A stretch of DNA of 64,000 nucleotides from Candidatus Uhrbacteria bacterium. Its GTDB lineage: Bacteria; Patescibacteriota; Patescibacteriia; 2-12-FULL-60-25. Shown here piece by piece: positions 36,334-46,145 of the stretch. The first letter of the stretch is position 1; each line of letters opens with the position of its first letter. The stretch covers positions 22-64,021 of the forward strand of contig CAIXDN010000041.1 in assembly GCA_903918235.1 (NCBI GenBank), written 5' to 3'. A model generated the notes under the pieces. It worked only from the letters and a program-made list of their open reading frames with translations. It was not told where the DNA came from and made no database searches. The position numbers and the translations under genes are program-made.

Positions 36334-37497
36334 TTATCGTTTTGGGAACATGACGTCACCGTAAGAAAAATCGCTGTCTTTTAGTTGCTCCGGTGTAAAA
36401 TCGATATATGCACCGGTACGCAAGAGCTTTCCTAAACTATTGATGACACGCACATAACCCATTGCTTGCAAAAAGGCATTTTCTTCCAAATGATCCACCG
36501 GAGCACCCATCTTTATTTTTAGTAATGCTTCACGACCCTTTTGCAGAATCCGCCTATCAAACGGGTACAGTCCATCAATAATTTGATACGTCCACATCCC
36601 GTGTTCATCATGATAGAATACGACATTGTCTGTACCTAAAATATCGAGAATTTCTTCATTTTTTACCGAGAACTCTACCGCTTTCTTTTGGAAGTCAGCG
36701 AGTTTTTCTGCAAGGTCTGGATCTGCTAATGCTTTTTTGAGAAGCGGTTCAAATGGTGTCCCCTTCATTAAACGACCGAGATCTTCTGCATCAACTTCCG
36801 CTTGCTCCGCTCTTTCTGCACTTAGTAAACTGTCTGTCACATGGCAATACAAATCACGCATCGCCGGATGATTATATGTCCCATTTTTTTGCATGGTTTT
36901 TTCCAAATTCGCTCCGCCCACAGAAAGACGACGACTATCCGCCAAACATTTTGCACGCTCTTGAATGGAAACGATCGTCCAGCCCGCATCCGCTTTTTCC
37001 GGAATCTGCACATGATAGAGATTTGGCGACTCGTGAAGCTCTTCCCGAACCGCCTCTCCGACAGGTACTTGCATGACAAAATAACGCTGTTTGAGAACTT
37101 GATCGCCAAATACTTCCAGCATTTCTTGTTGACGTTCACGTTGCTCGAGAAGTTCTCTTGTGCGCAATTCCTCAACCGCCTGAGAATCGTCACCCGTTTC
37201 TAGACCATGCGCTTTGTTCCATGCCATCGATTTTGCCAATGGTAATTTTTGCGCTTTTATCACAACCCCCTGATGATTTTTTGCTTGATACACCAAGTTC
37301 TCACCGCCTTTGCCAATATATTTTGGTTGATAACGTTTTGTCAGATCATGATCCGGAAACAACTCGTCCAATTTATGCGGAATCCCAACAACTGGCGCCG
37401 CTGTTCTTTTTCTACGCTTTGACCTTGGCGCAATTTTGATTTCCTCGACGATTGGTTCTGCAAATGGATTTGCATTAGCGTTTTGTTCCGGTTGCAT
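36334..37497 (-). CDS. Hypothetical protein with protein-kinase-like (ELK/APH-like) motifs
   Basis: Gly-rich loop plus Lys (YIGKGGENLVYQAKNHQGVVIKAQK), and a catalytic-loop/metal-binding-like segment (LDILGTDNVVFYHDEHGMWTYQIIDG). Confidence 0.45.
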   Translation of the reverse strand: MQPEQNANANPFAEPIVEEIKIAPRSKRRKRTAAPVVGIPHKLDELFPDHDLTKRYQPKYIGKGGENLVYQAKNHQGVVIKAQKLPLAKSMAWNKAHGLETGDDSQAVEELRTRELLEQRERQQEMLEVFGDQVLKQRYFVMQVPVGEAVREELHESPNLYHVQIPEKADAGWTIVSIQERAKCLADSRRLSVGGANLEKTMQKNGTYNHPAMRDLYCHVTDSLLSAERAEQAEVDAEDLGRLMKGTPFEPLLKKALADPDLAEKLADFQKKAVEFSVKNEEILDILGTDNVVFYHDEHGMWTYQIIDGLYPFDRRILQKGREALLKIKMGAPVDHLEENAFLQAMGYVRVINSLGKLLRTGAYIDFTPEQLKDSDFSYGDVMFPKR

Positions 37498-38593
37498 ATT
37501 GAGACCATGTTACCACGCCTCCCCTGATTTGATCTGCAAGCTCTTTATCAGAAATCTTTACTAAACTTTCTAATCTTTTTACACGCTCATCCCCTTCTAA
37601 AACCCGTGGCTGACTTGCGTCGATCTGCACCGGTATCGGCTTGATGCTGATGTTTTGTCCGATATCAATTTCTACCGTTAAACCTTGTCTTGTTTCCGGT
37701 GACCAATCTTGATCAAAGATAAAATTTCCAAGCGACCATACAATTGGTTTACCTTTATAGGTTGAAATGCCCTGCGCCCAATGTGGGTGACCGCCGATGA
37801 CGATATCAACGCCATGATCAATGAGCCAATGCCCAAGCTCAACGGTAGAAGCATCTGGTTTGTCGTGATATTCCGAGCCCCAGTGCATCGTTACAATCAC
37901 TGTATCAGCCTGTTGTCTTGCAAGTGCGATCGTTGATGAGGCTGTCTCTCGATTTAGCGGATTATCGGTTGTATTGAATCCAAGAAATGCAAAACGATGA
38001 CCTTGAATCGTTGTTGTTGCGAGCGCAATTACGTCGTCTTGGACTTGATGACCAAAGACGAGAAGACCGGAGCTACGCAAACGACGGACAGAATCTTCGT
38101 AGCCAAGAGCTCCTTGGTCGAGTGCATGGTTATTTGCTTGTGAGACCGCGTCTATCCCCTGTGATTTGATAATCGCCGCTTCAGATGGATCAAATTGAAA
38201 GTCGATAGATTTTTCTGGAGGTCGGCGTTTATCGGTGAGTGCGCCTTCTAGGTTTCCGATCGTGTACTCAAAACTTGCTAACCAATTTTTTGATAGTTTT
38301 TGAAATGGGTATATTGGATCACCGGAAACGCGTGTACGTGCTTTTACGTTTCGATCCAGCATGATATCGCCAACAAATAATAGGCGGATATCGCTTTGTT
38401 CTGGTGTCTCAACGCCACCAGTAATCATCGGCGATGAGGAAGCGGAAACCAATGGGACTGAAATTATTTTAACGATATCAATCTTTGGATGCGTCGGCGT
38501 GAAACGATCCAGCAGCATTCCAAATACTCCTCCAAGCGCGAGACCGAGTGTGACACAAATCACGAGACGCCAAGGCATTTTGTTGCGTGTCAT
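37475..38593 (-). CDS. CapA-family (PGA-capsule-synthesis-like) metallophosphatase
   Basis: N-terminal TM. LLFVGDIMLDRNV, NLEGALT, ANNHALD, VTMHWGSEY and GGHPHW motifs of CapA/metallophosphoesterase. Confidence 0.8.
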   Translation of the reverse strand: MTRNKMPWRLVICVTLGLALGGVFGMLLDRFTPTHPKIDIVKIISVPLVSASSSPMITGGVETPEQSDIRLLFVGDIMLDRNVKARTRVSGDPIYPFQKLSKNWLASFEYTIGNLEGALTDKRRPPEKSIDFQFDPSEAAIIKSQGIDAVSQANNHALDQGALGYEDSVRRLRSSGLLVFGHQVQDDVIALATTTIQGHRFAFLGFNTTDNPLNRETASSTIALARQQADTVIVTMHWGSEYHDKPDASTVELGHWLIDHGVDIVIGGHPHWAQGISTYKGKPIVWSLGNFIFDQDWSPETRQGLTVEIDIGQNISIKPIPVQIDASQPRVLEGDERVKRLESLVKISDKELADQIRGGVVTWSQYATGTKR

Positions 38594-38596
38594 AAC

Positions 38597-39736
38597 CTAT
38601 GGCTGTAGTGATTCTTCTGGCGTTTTGCCTTGAACAGAAATGACGACGTTTTTTATTGACGGAAATTGCTTGAGTGTTGATTCAATCTCAGAACGAACGG
38701 TTTGAGCTGCGCAGGAACCCCCACCGTAGCCTTCTAGTTCCGAGCTAAAGACTGCTGTTGCCGTTCCATTTTTTACCGATAATGAAATTAAACGTGTTCC
38801 CGGCGTGATTACTGGCGCATCCGTGAGAAGCTGTCTCAACGACGTTTCAACGGGAAGGCCCGATCGAGGGATGCTTATTGAGACTGGGAAAACAGCGGAG
38901 CAATCTTTTCCATCCATCGCTGATTTGAATACGCGGACCTCCATGACTTCCGTTGGGAGTTTTACAGGAATGCTTACTTTGTGAATTGGTGTTCCATCTT
39001 TTGCAGAATATTCAAATACTTCCAGCGTACCCTTTTCTGTTGTTGGTACTTGAAGTAAAAACGCTCGAATATCAAATTGGCCTGGCTGTCCAACATCAGG
39101 AGCATCAGCCATTACTGTGCCCTTCTCCAGCTCTCCCCCACTTCCATTCAGCAAACGCCAATTGATCGTATTTTCAAATGCGATACCGGTTCCGGTGGCG
39201 ACAAATGGACTTGTTAATTCATTTTCTGCAAAGGCGGGATCAACGCAGATAAAATTTTGTGCATCGCAAACCATCCCGGCTGGAGCTTCACGCACCGGTT
39301 TTGTTCCTGACGATGCATCGGCGACTGCTTCAAGCTTCACTCGACAAACGCCCATTGCATCAGGCGCTTGAGGCGCTGGCTCCAAATCGGTACAGACGCG
39401 ATCAGCAGGGCAACCAAAACCAGCGATACCGCCGCAGAGACACTGAGGCTCACATATGGTTGAGCAAGCTTCTCCGGGCTTTCCATGACACGGATTACCA
39501 CAATCAACCCACTTGCCTCTCGCGGCCTCGCAGGAGGCTTTTAATGGGTTCACGACCGGTTGCTGAACCTCGGGCTGGACAGCGACTGGGCGCTCCCTTG
39601 GTTGTTCGGATTTTTTTGGGAGCTGTAGCCAAAGCCATACCAGGCCAAGCGATGCAAAAACAACTATAATCAAGAAGCCGGATAGACGGTATCCCATACC
39701 GTCGGTAGGAGCGATTTTTTGTTTTGGGGATGGCAT
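38597..39736 (-). CDS. Secreted protein with a Cys-rich N-domain, an Ig-like (Gmad2-type) domain and a GerMN domain
   Basis: TM anchor and an 11-Cys stretch (CEAARGKWVDCGNPCHGKPGEACSTICEPQCLCGG...). ATGTGIAFENTINWRLLNG is Gmad2-like. The C-terminus VKNGTATAVFSSEL...IESTLKQFPSIKNVVISVQG is GerMN-like. Confidence 0.55.
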   Translation of the reverse strand: MPSPKQKIAPTDGMGYRLSGFLIIVVFASLGLVWLWLQLPKKSEQPRERPVAVQPEVQQPVVNPLKASCEAARGKWVDCGNPCHGKPGEACSTICEPQCLCGGIAGFGCPADRVCTDLEPAPQAPDAMGVCRVKLEAVADASSGTKPVREAPAGMVCDAQNFICVDPAFAENELTSPFVATGTGIAFENTINWRLLNGSGGELEKGTVMADAPDVGQPGQFDIRAFLLQVPTTEKGTLEVFEYSAKDGTPIHKVSIPVKLPTEVMEVRVFKSAMDGKDCSAVFPVSISIPRSGLPVETSLRQLLTDAPVITPGTRLISLSVKNGTATAVFSSELEGYGGGSCAAQTVRSEIESTLKQFPSIKNVVISVQGKTPEESLQP

Positions 39737-39741
39737 ATATT

Positions 39742-40551
39742 TTATGGTTTTACGATGATTACTACTTTGCGACCGAGCTTCATCTCTTCCTTGTTAAAAT
39801 CATGAATCGCATCAAGGAGTCGCTGTTTTGGATAGAGGTAGTCCGGGCCATTTTTTGTTCCTGGGTCATTTGTGATCCATTGACCGTCTTTTGTATAACC
39901 CTTGATCACGAGCATATGATATGCTGGACCACCGTTTCTGAAATTTGGATTTAGGAGCGCTTTTCCATATGCAGGCGCTATAACTGGATAGCCTTTTGCG
40001 AGCGCTGATTTGATATTTGATTCCGTCGCTTCCGCTATTTCTACGTTTGGACGGTGGAAATAATTTTGCGATGTCTCTAAGGCTTCCTCGGCATTTGTAT
40101 CTTTGTTGTATCCGTAGGCTTTGTCTTCATAGGCAACAATGGCGAGAATGGCTTTTGTCCCTTCATCGGCACCGAAGCTGGTTTTACGACCATCGTAATA
40201 GGCGTCGACCATGAGCAAAGACGCTTCTTCACAGGCGTCCTCGAACGGTGCTACCCAGCTTTGCTTTGGTGCTTGCAATAAAAATGGTACAGCGAGATTT
40301 ATTTCCGTTGGGATCGGCTCGCTGGCCCCTTCCCTTGCTTTCCCCTCCTCAACATGAGGAGGGGTTAGAGGAGGAATTGGATTGGTTGGAACGGTTGCTG
40401 GCGGTGTATATGCCACTGGCTTTGGTAGGGCTGGTTTGGTCGCGCTATGGACGATTTCCCGAAGATTTCCACGCAAAAGATATGCCGTTATTAATCCTCC
40501 ACATAAGAGGATTCCGAGGATAAAAATAATGATCGGCGCACGTTTGTTCAT
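39742..40551 (-). CDS. Peptidase C39-like domain protein, membrane anchored
   Basis: N-terminal TM and a Pro-rich linker. VPFLLQAPKQSW...FEDACEEASLLMV with a later H...N/D pattern (AYHMLVIKGY...WITNDP) fits the C39_2 papain-like fold. Confidence 0.6.
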   Translation of the reverse strand: MNKRAPIIIFILGILLCGGLITAYLLRGNLREIVHSATKPALPKPVAYTPPATVPTNPIPPLTPPHVEEGKAREGASEPIPTEINLAVPFLLQAPKQSWVAPFEDACEEASLLMVDAYYDGRKTSFGADEGTKAILAIVAYEDKAYGYNKDTNAEEALETSQNYFHRPNVEIAEATESNIKSALAKGYPVIAPAYGKALLNPNFRNGGPAYHMLVIKGYTKDGQWITNDPGTKNGPDYLYPKQRLLDAIHDFNKEEMKLGRKVVIIVKP

Positions 40552-40578
40552 GCGCCGATCGTACCTTGATTCTCTGGT

Positions 40579-41292
40579 TTATTCAATTGTAACGGAGAGC
40601 ATTTTTACTTCTGTGTTTGGGCGGTCACTGCCATTGCGAGGTGTTGCGGCAATGGCATCAGCTACGTCTTGGCCAGAGACAACTTTTCCAAAAACGGAGT
40701 AGTCAGGTTGAAGCGGGACATTGTCAACCATAATGAAGAATTGGGATCCGTTTGTGTTACGACCCGCGTTTGCCATGGCGAGCACACCCTTGGAATACGG
40801 CATTGAGACTGGATCGTTTGCGAATTGGTAGCCTGGGCCGCCGGAGCCTGTACCGGTTGGGTCCCCACCTTGGATCATGAAGCCTGGAATTACGCGATGA
40901 AAAATTGTTCCATTATAGAATCCTTGCTTTACGAGATAGACAAAGTTTGATGCTGCATTTGGACCAGCCTTTGGATCGATCTGAACGACAATCGTTCCGA
41001 GCGTTGTTTTAATGCTGACTTTTACGTTTGTTTCTTGTTCTGAGAGTACGCCTGGGAATGCGAGTTTTTCCATAGGAATTTTCTTGTCTAATTTAGATGT
41101 TGGATTTGTCGGCTCTGATGTTGACGCTGATGCTGGCTCTGGTACTGGGGCTGGAGGCGGAACTGGCGTGAGCGATGTTTCTGCTGGCTTTGCTGTCACT
41201 CCTTCTTTTTCTGGGCTTGCTTGTCCGCAGCCTGCTCCAAGGAGAGCGGTTGCTAACAATACAGGGAGAACGATTTTTGATAAGTGCTTCAT
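40579..41292 (-). CDS. ppiB: Cyclophilin-type peptidyl-prolyl cis-trans isomerase, lipoprotein-like signal
   Basis: Signal ending LLGAGC. FHRVIPGFMIQGGDP...GTGSGGPGYQFANDP...GVLAMANAGRNTNGSQFFI is the cyclophilin signature. Confidence 0.9.
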   Translation of the reverse strand: MKHLSKIVLPVLLATALLGAGCGQASPEKEGVTAKPAETSLTPVPPPAPVPEPASASTSEPTNPTSKLDKKIPMEKLAFPGVLSEQETNVKVSIKTTLGTIVVQIDPKAGPNAASNFVYLVKQGFYNGTIFHRVIPGFMIQGGDPTGTGSGGPGYQFANDPVSMPYSKGVLAMANAGRNTNGSQFFIMVDNVPLQPDYSVFGKVVSGQDVADAIAATPRNGSDRPNTEVKMLSVTIE

Positions 41293-41307
41293 AGTTTGAT
41301 GAGTTTA

Positions 41308-42285
41308 TCACAACTCCCAGGGCAAACGGAGAGTACTGTCAAAGGAGATACGTATTGCCTCTACAAGAAGCCTTGATATGTTCCATCCGGCAGGCGGATG
41401 CTCGAGGTCAAAGCGCGCAGGATCAAGATGGGCGCGTAAGTCTTCTCCTTTTTCATTTCTGACTCGCATGGCTGATGGCTTGGATTCATGTGGCGTATAG
41501 TCGAGCTCGGCTAGAACCGCTTTACCGAAGCCTCCGGCAACGAGTTCACGGGCAGCAGCTCTTGCATACCATGCACCAAGATTTGCTGGATGCGCGAGGT
41601 GCTGACCTACACCAGAAGGCGTTGGTGGAAGCTTGCGACCATATGGGGAAACACGGCGACCAGAAGAACCGATTCTATTTGCGAGCCCCCCATTTGCTTT
41701 TGCTGTTCCTACCACAACTCGTAATTCACTTGGATCCAATTTATCGGACAGGATACGCATGAGACGTGTTTTAATTTCTTCTGGAGAAGCACTATCGGCA
41801 TGACCAAGACGAATCACCACTTCACGGCCACGGATGCCACCGGTGAATACCGCATAGTCGGCGCCAAGCCAGTACCAATCCGCATCCATTAATCGCCGCA
41901 ACTCGATCGATTGTAGGACCTGTCTTGCGCGCTCAACCTCGCGCGGAAGTTTGGACTCCGTCTCCGAGGTTGCGTATCCAAAGACGGTTAAGGGATCTCG
42001 ATCGCCAAAGAGTGGCGGATCGACCATTGGTTCAATGGTGATAAATGGCTCAGCTGAGAGACTAGCGTCAATTTGACCAAGCGTACGCCGAACGATTGCC
42101 GCCACATCAAAATCACCTTGGCTTTTTACCTCACCAGCGACAAACAAAACATCGTGACCGCCAGAAACACGGATATTTAAGAGAGATGCAGGATCGCGCC
42201 GAAGGTATTCGTCGGCGATTGCGGTTGCTACCAGATCGCAGGCTGTATCTGGTGCTCCCGGGCCTTCCAAATGCGCCCATGCCAT
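41308..42285 (-). CDS. Divergent S-adenosylmethionine-synthetase (MetK)-like protein lacking canonical catalytic motifs
   Basis: Collinear with MetK by eye. GAPDTACDLVATAIADEYLRRDP aligns with GHPDKIADQISDAVLD; VFGYATSETESKLP aligns with MFGYATNETDVLMP; AWYARAAARELVAGGFG aligns with AAYAARYVAKNIVAAGLA. The GHPDK His and the GGGAFSGKD loop are not conserved. 325 aa. Confidence 0.55.
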   Translation of the reverse strand: MAWAHLEGPGAPDTACDLVATAIADEYLRRDPASLLNIRVSGGHDVLFVAGEVKSQGDFDVAAIVRRTLGQIDASLSAEPFITIEPMVDPPLFGDRDPLTVFGYATSETESKLPREVERARQVLQSIELRRLMDADWYWLGADYAVFTGGIRGREVVIRLGHADSASPEEIKTRLMRILSDKLDPSELRVVVGTAKANGGLANRIGSSGRRVSPYGRKLPPTPSGVGQHLAHPANLGAWYARAAARELVAGGFGKAVLAELDYTPHESKPSAMRVRNEKGEDLRAHLDPARFDLEHPPAGWNISRLLVEAIRISFDSTLRLPWEL

Positions 42286-42330
42286 AGATTGGCATGACCT
42301 TAGCGAGCCGAAAGGAATGGGGCAAGCCCT

Positions 42331-44472
42331 TTAAAGATCCTCAATCTCACGCAAAAATGATCCTGGTTTGATTGGTTTCTTTGGTTTTTCTTCTTTTTTC
42401 CAGACGGTGGTTGGTGCTATTTGCACCGAAGGCTCTTGATATCCCTCACTTTCATCCCATGACCAGGCGCCAGCTTTTTTTGAAGATTTCCATGTGGTGC
42501 TTCCAGAGCCTGCTTCTCGAAGCTCTACGCGTTCAAACAAATGAGGATTCACTTCTTCCACAAATGTTGATGGTTGATTTAGGACGAGCGACTCTTGACC
42601 AAGCGTTAATGGATAGCTCAAAAACAATTGACGACGTGCACGGGTCACAGCAACGTAAAAGAGACGACGTTCCTCTTCCATCCCATCTTCCTCGGCGAGG
42701 GCACGGCGATTTGGAAAGGACTGATCAGCTAAATGGATAATAAAGATTGTGTCCCATTCCAAACCTTTTGCTTGATGGATCGTTGAAAGAACCATTTTCT
42801 CTTCATTGCCGATTCCTGGCTTTTCACGTCCAGCGATGACGGCATCATATAATGAAATATCTGCGAGGAACGTTGCGAGATCATCATAGCCTTCTGCGAA
42901 AACAGCGAGCTGTTCCAAATCTTCTAAGCGTTCGCGATAGTTTGGATATTCACGTTCAAGATAATCTTGGTATGCCGATGATGTAATGGCGCGTATCAAC
43001 TGATTTGGAAATCGTCCCTTCTCTTGCAGTTTGCGAAGTAAGATCATCATGTCATTCCAACCGGTTTGTCCGCGCGCCGGAATCCGAAGACCGGCGGAAC
43101 CGTCGAGAATCATGTCGACGCTTTCTATCGCATGCATTTGAACCGCAATGTCACTTGCGGTTGTGGCGCCGATTCCGGTTTGAAGACCAAGTGTACGCAA
43201 CCAGGCTACTTCATCTTTTGGATTCTCGTATAAACGCAAAAAGCACACAATGTCCTTGATATGCGCGCGTTCAAAGAACTTTTGACCGCCACGATATTCA
43301 TAGGGAATGTCCCGTTTCATCAATTCAAATTCCAACGATTGTGAATGAGCACTAGAACGGAACAATACCGCCATGTTTGCGAGCGCACTTCCGGCATCAC
43401 GAAGCGCTAAAATTTGGTCGGCGATATAGCGCGCTTCTTGTGCTGCGCTTGAGCATGCGATGAGTTTTGGTTTGTCCCCTTTCTCGCGCAAACCGATCAA
43501 CTCTTTTTTGAACTGATGACGATTATGCGAAAGCGACTCATTTGCGAGATCAAGAATTTCTGGCGTTGAACGATAGTTTGTGAGCAACTTAAAAATACGT
43601 GCGCCTTCAAATCGCTCTGGGAATGAAAGAATATTTTTTACATTCGCCCCACGGAATGCATAAATTGATTGTGCGTCATCACCGACCGCGACAATATTGT
43701 GATGGACTTTTGAAAATCCGGCGATGATGCGAGCTTGGACAGTGTTTGTATCTTGATACTCATCTACAAGAACATATTTAAAGCGATCAGAAATACGATT
43801 ACCGTCTGGGCCGTCAAGAAGCATCGCAAGATTGGTAAGCAGGTCGTCAAAGTCCATCGCATTCGCTTGTTTTTTGCGCTGGTGGTATTGCTTGCCGATT
43901 TCCTCAATATCACCAATGAACGCTTGAAAGTTTGGATATTTTATTTCCAAAACGGTATGGATTGCTGCTTGCGTATTCCGTGCGTAGGAAAGCACGTCTC
44001 CAACAACGGAAGCCGTTGGAAAACGGCGAGCTTTTGGGTCGATCGCCATGTCTTTCATCACGGCCTTGATCAAGTTTCTGCTGTCTTCCTGATCGAGAAT
44101 GGAAAAGTTTGAATGGTATCCAAGTGTTTCCGCAAATGTTCGGAGGAGACGTGCACCGATGGAGTGGAATGTGCCGCCCCAGATTCCTCGCGCTGTTGGA
44201 CCAAGAACCATTTCTACACGACCAGCCATTTCTTTTGCGGCTTTATTGGTAAATGTGAGCAATAAAATTGATGCTGGATCAATGCCATGCTCGAGCAGAT
44301 AGGCAACACGATACGTCAAGGTACGCGTTTTTCCAGAACCAGCACCCGCAAGAACAAGACAAGGACCATCCCCCTCTAAAACGACATCTAGCTGCTCTTG
44401 GTTTAATGCTTTGGGATAATCGATTTTTTTGATTGCGCCGGCTTGGTCAGGCGAGAGGATGAACGTGGACAT
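42331..44472 (-). CDS. pcrA: ATP-dependent DNA helicase PcrA/UvrD (SF1A)
   Basis: 713 aa. LNQEQLDVV, AGAGSGKTRTLTYRVAYL, TFTNKAAKEM, VLVDEYQDTN, VGDDAQSIYAFRGA, NYRS, TIHQAKGLEWD and LFYVAVTRA motifs. Confidence 0.93.
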   Translation of the reverse strand: MSTFILSPDQAGAIKKIDYPKALNQEQLDVVLEGDGPCLVLAGAGSGKTRTLTYRVAYLLEHGIDPASILLLTFTNKAAKEMAGRVEMVLGPTARGIWGGTFHSIGARLLRTFAETLGYHSNFSILDQEDSRNLIKAVMKDMAIDPKARRFPTASVVGDVLSYARNTQAAIHTVLEIKYPNFQAFIGDIEEIGKQYHQRKKQANAMDFDDLLTNLAMLLDGPDGNRISDRFKYVLVDEYQDTNTVQARIIAGFSKVHHNIVAVGDDAQSIYAFRGANVKNILSFPERFEGARIFKLLTNYRSTPEILDLANESLSHNRHQFKKELIGLREKGDKPKLIACSSAAQEARYIADQILALRDAGSALANMAVLFRSSAHSQSLEFELMKRDIPYEYRGGQKFFERAHIKDIVCFLRLYENPKDEVAWLRTLGLQTGIGATTASDIAVQMHAIESVDMILDGSAGLRIPARGQTGWNDMMILLRKLQEKGRFPNQLIRAITSSAYQDYLEREYPNYRERLEDLEQLAVFAEGYDDLATFLADISLYDAVIAGREKPGIGNEEKMVLSTIHQAKGLEWDTIFIIHLADQSFPNRRALAEEDGMEEERRLFYVAVTRARRQLFLSYPLTLGQESLVLNQPSTFVEEVNPHLFERVELREAGSGSTTWKSSKKAGAWSWDESEGYQEPSVQIAPTTVWKKEEKPKKPIKPGSFLREIEDL

Positions 44473-44555
44473 GGCGGGATCATAGCGAGGTTTCGTGAAT
44501 CTGGAAATGAAGAAGCCCGACCACGCGTTAACGCGGCCGGGCTTCAGAGATCTGT

Positions 44556-45023
44556 TTAGCGAATTTGCTGCCAGAGAATATCCTCCTTACTTGGTGAGTT
44601 TCTTTCCTGACGCTTGAGTCTTGCGTGTTCTCGTTGCCTTACCTTTCCACGAATCCAATCGTGGCGTACGGATGCAAGTACCGATTGCATTCCTTCGGTT
44701 TTGATTGATGCTCCTATGCGCTCATCGCTTGTAAGGGCGAGCGCGCTCAGAGCGTTGATTCTGTTGATTCGGTCACAAATGATGCTCGACCGATATTCAA
44801 GTCCGAGGCGATTCCAGATGCGCATCGGATTGGTCTCAAAACCAACCAGATATATTGCATCTACTCCATGCCTACGAGCTAGTCCGAGAAACTCCTCCTC
44901 AAAGACTCTTGTGATGAGTCGATCGCGCATCGTGAGGCGCAACCGGTCTGTACTTGCTTGCCCCGTGTCGACAGGTGACACGTCAGCCTCGTTATCAATA
45001 CGAGTTGCGACATTCCTGTCCAT
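44556..45023 (-). CDS. Hypothetical protein (155 aa), self-contained transcription unit
   Basis: Own promoter TTGACA-17 nt-TATCAT (minus strand, about 45070-45100) whose spacer holds the 10-bp palindrome AGAATATTCT. Terminator hairpin GAAGCCCG...CGGGCTTC at about 44512-44545. No family recognised. Confidence 0.55.
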   Translation of the reverse strand: MDRNVATRIDNEADVSPVDTGQASTDRLRLTMRDRLITRVFEEEFLGLARRHGVDAIYLVGFETNPMRIWNRLGLEYRSSIICDRINRINALSALALTSDERIGASIKTEGMQSVLASVRHDWIRGKVRQREHARLKRQERNSPSKEDILWQQIR

Positions 45024-45116
45024 TAGGTTACTCCCATCGCACGTTTACGAATCTCCGTCGATCAAGACAGAGAACGAATAATGATAACAGAATATTCTCT
45101 TTTTGTCAATTTATGG

Positions 45117-46145
45117 CTAATATCCTGCCTTTTGTCGGTTTGCGACATGCTCTTCTAGCGTGCGGGCGTAGTAGATTTTTCCTTCTTTATCGGTTAAAAA
45201 GTAACGATAATCGTTGGATTCTGGGTCTAATACGGCTTTGATCGCCGCTTCTCCAGGGTTGCCGATTGGTGAAGGTGGGAGGCCGCGATATTTATAGGTA
45301 TTCCACGGTGAGTCGGTTTCCAGATCTTTTGCATTTGCCTGCGCACGTCCGGAGCCTGTGAGATAATTTAATGTCGCATCTGATTGGAGCGCCATTCCAT
45401 CGCGGAGACGGTTTAAGAAAATGCCAGCCACCATACGCATTTCATCATTTGAACGCACTTCATCCTGAACGATCGATGCTAAAATAATTACTTGATCAAG
45501 ACTTGTAAGTGGAGCGCTAGCAGGACCTGGTTTTGCTGCAGAAAATCGCTTACTGAATTCATCGAGCTGTTTTGTTATAAGCGCCTCTGGGAGCTGATCG
45601 GCCCAGACGCGGTAGGTATTTGGAAAAAGGTATCCATCAAGAGAACGGTCGCGTGGAAGCACGGCGAGAAATGGATAGGCATCGCGAAGCGACCCATCAA
45701 ATGCTGTACGATTTATCGAATGCCCAATCACACGCGCTGTGTTTACTGGATCAATGTGGTTTTCTGTACTCAGCTGGTCGATGAGTGCATCGACTGATTC
45801 TCCTTCAATCGCGGTGATCTGGACCTCATCTCTTGCAGGTCCGAGCGCGAGAATCCGAGCAATTTCATGGAAATTTGTTTCTGGGCGAATTTGATAGGCA
45901 CCGGCTCGAGCACGTCCAGTTGCAGAGTCTAGACGGCCATACCAACGATACTGACTTGCTGATTTAATAATTCCATTATCCCGAAGGATCTGGGAAACAG
46001 CTTTCCCGTCTGCGCCTTCTGGGATCTCGATCTTTTTTACTGAGCCCACTGGAACGGCCCAATACGCTACGCTTGCAAATTGCCAACCAAACCAAATACC
46101 AACAAGGATTATTCCTAGCGCCACGAGCTTAGTGATGCTTCGCAT
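45117..46145 (-). CDS. mltG: Endolytic murein transglycosylase MltG (YceG-like)
   Basis: From the internal M: MRSITKLVALGIILVG (TM). GYLFPNTY, ILASIVQDE and NTYKYRGLPPSPIGNPG motifs of YceG/MltG. Confidence 0.88.
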   Translation of the reverse strand: MRSITKLVALGIILVGIWFGWQFASVAYWAVPVGSVKKIEIPEGADGKAVSQILRDNGIIKSASQYRWYGRLDSATGRARAGAYQIRPETNFHEIARILALGPARDEVQITAIEGESVDALIDQLSTENHIDPVNTARVIGHSINRTAFDGSLRDAYPFLAVLPRDRSLDGYLFPNTYRVWADQLPEALITKQLDEFSKRFSAAKPGPASAPLTSLDQVIILASIVQDEVRSNDEMRMVAGIFLNRLRDGMALQSDATLNYLTGSGRAQANAKDLETDSPWNTYKYRGLPPSPIGNPGEAAIKAVLDPESNDYRYFLTDKEGKIYYARTLEEHVANRQKAGY

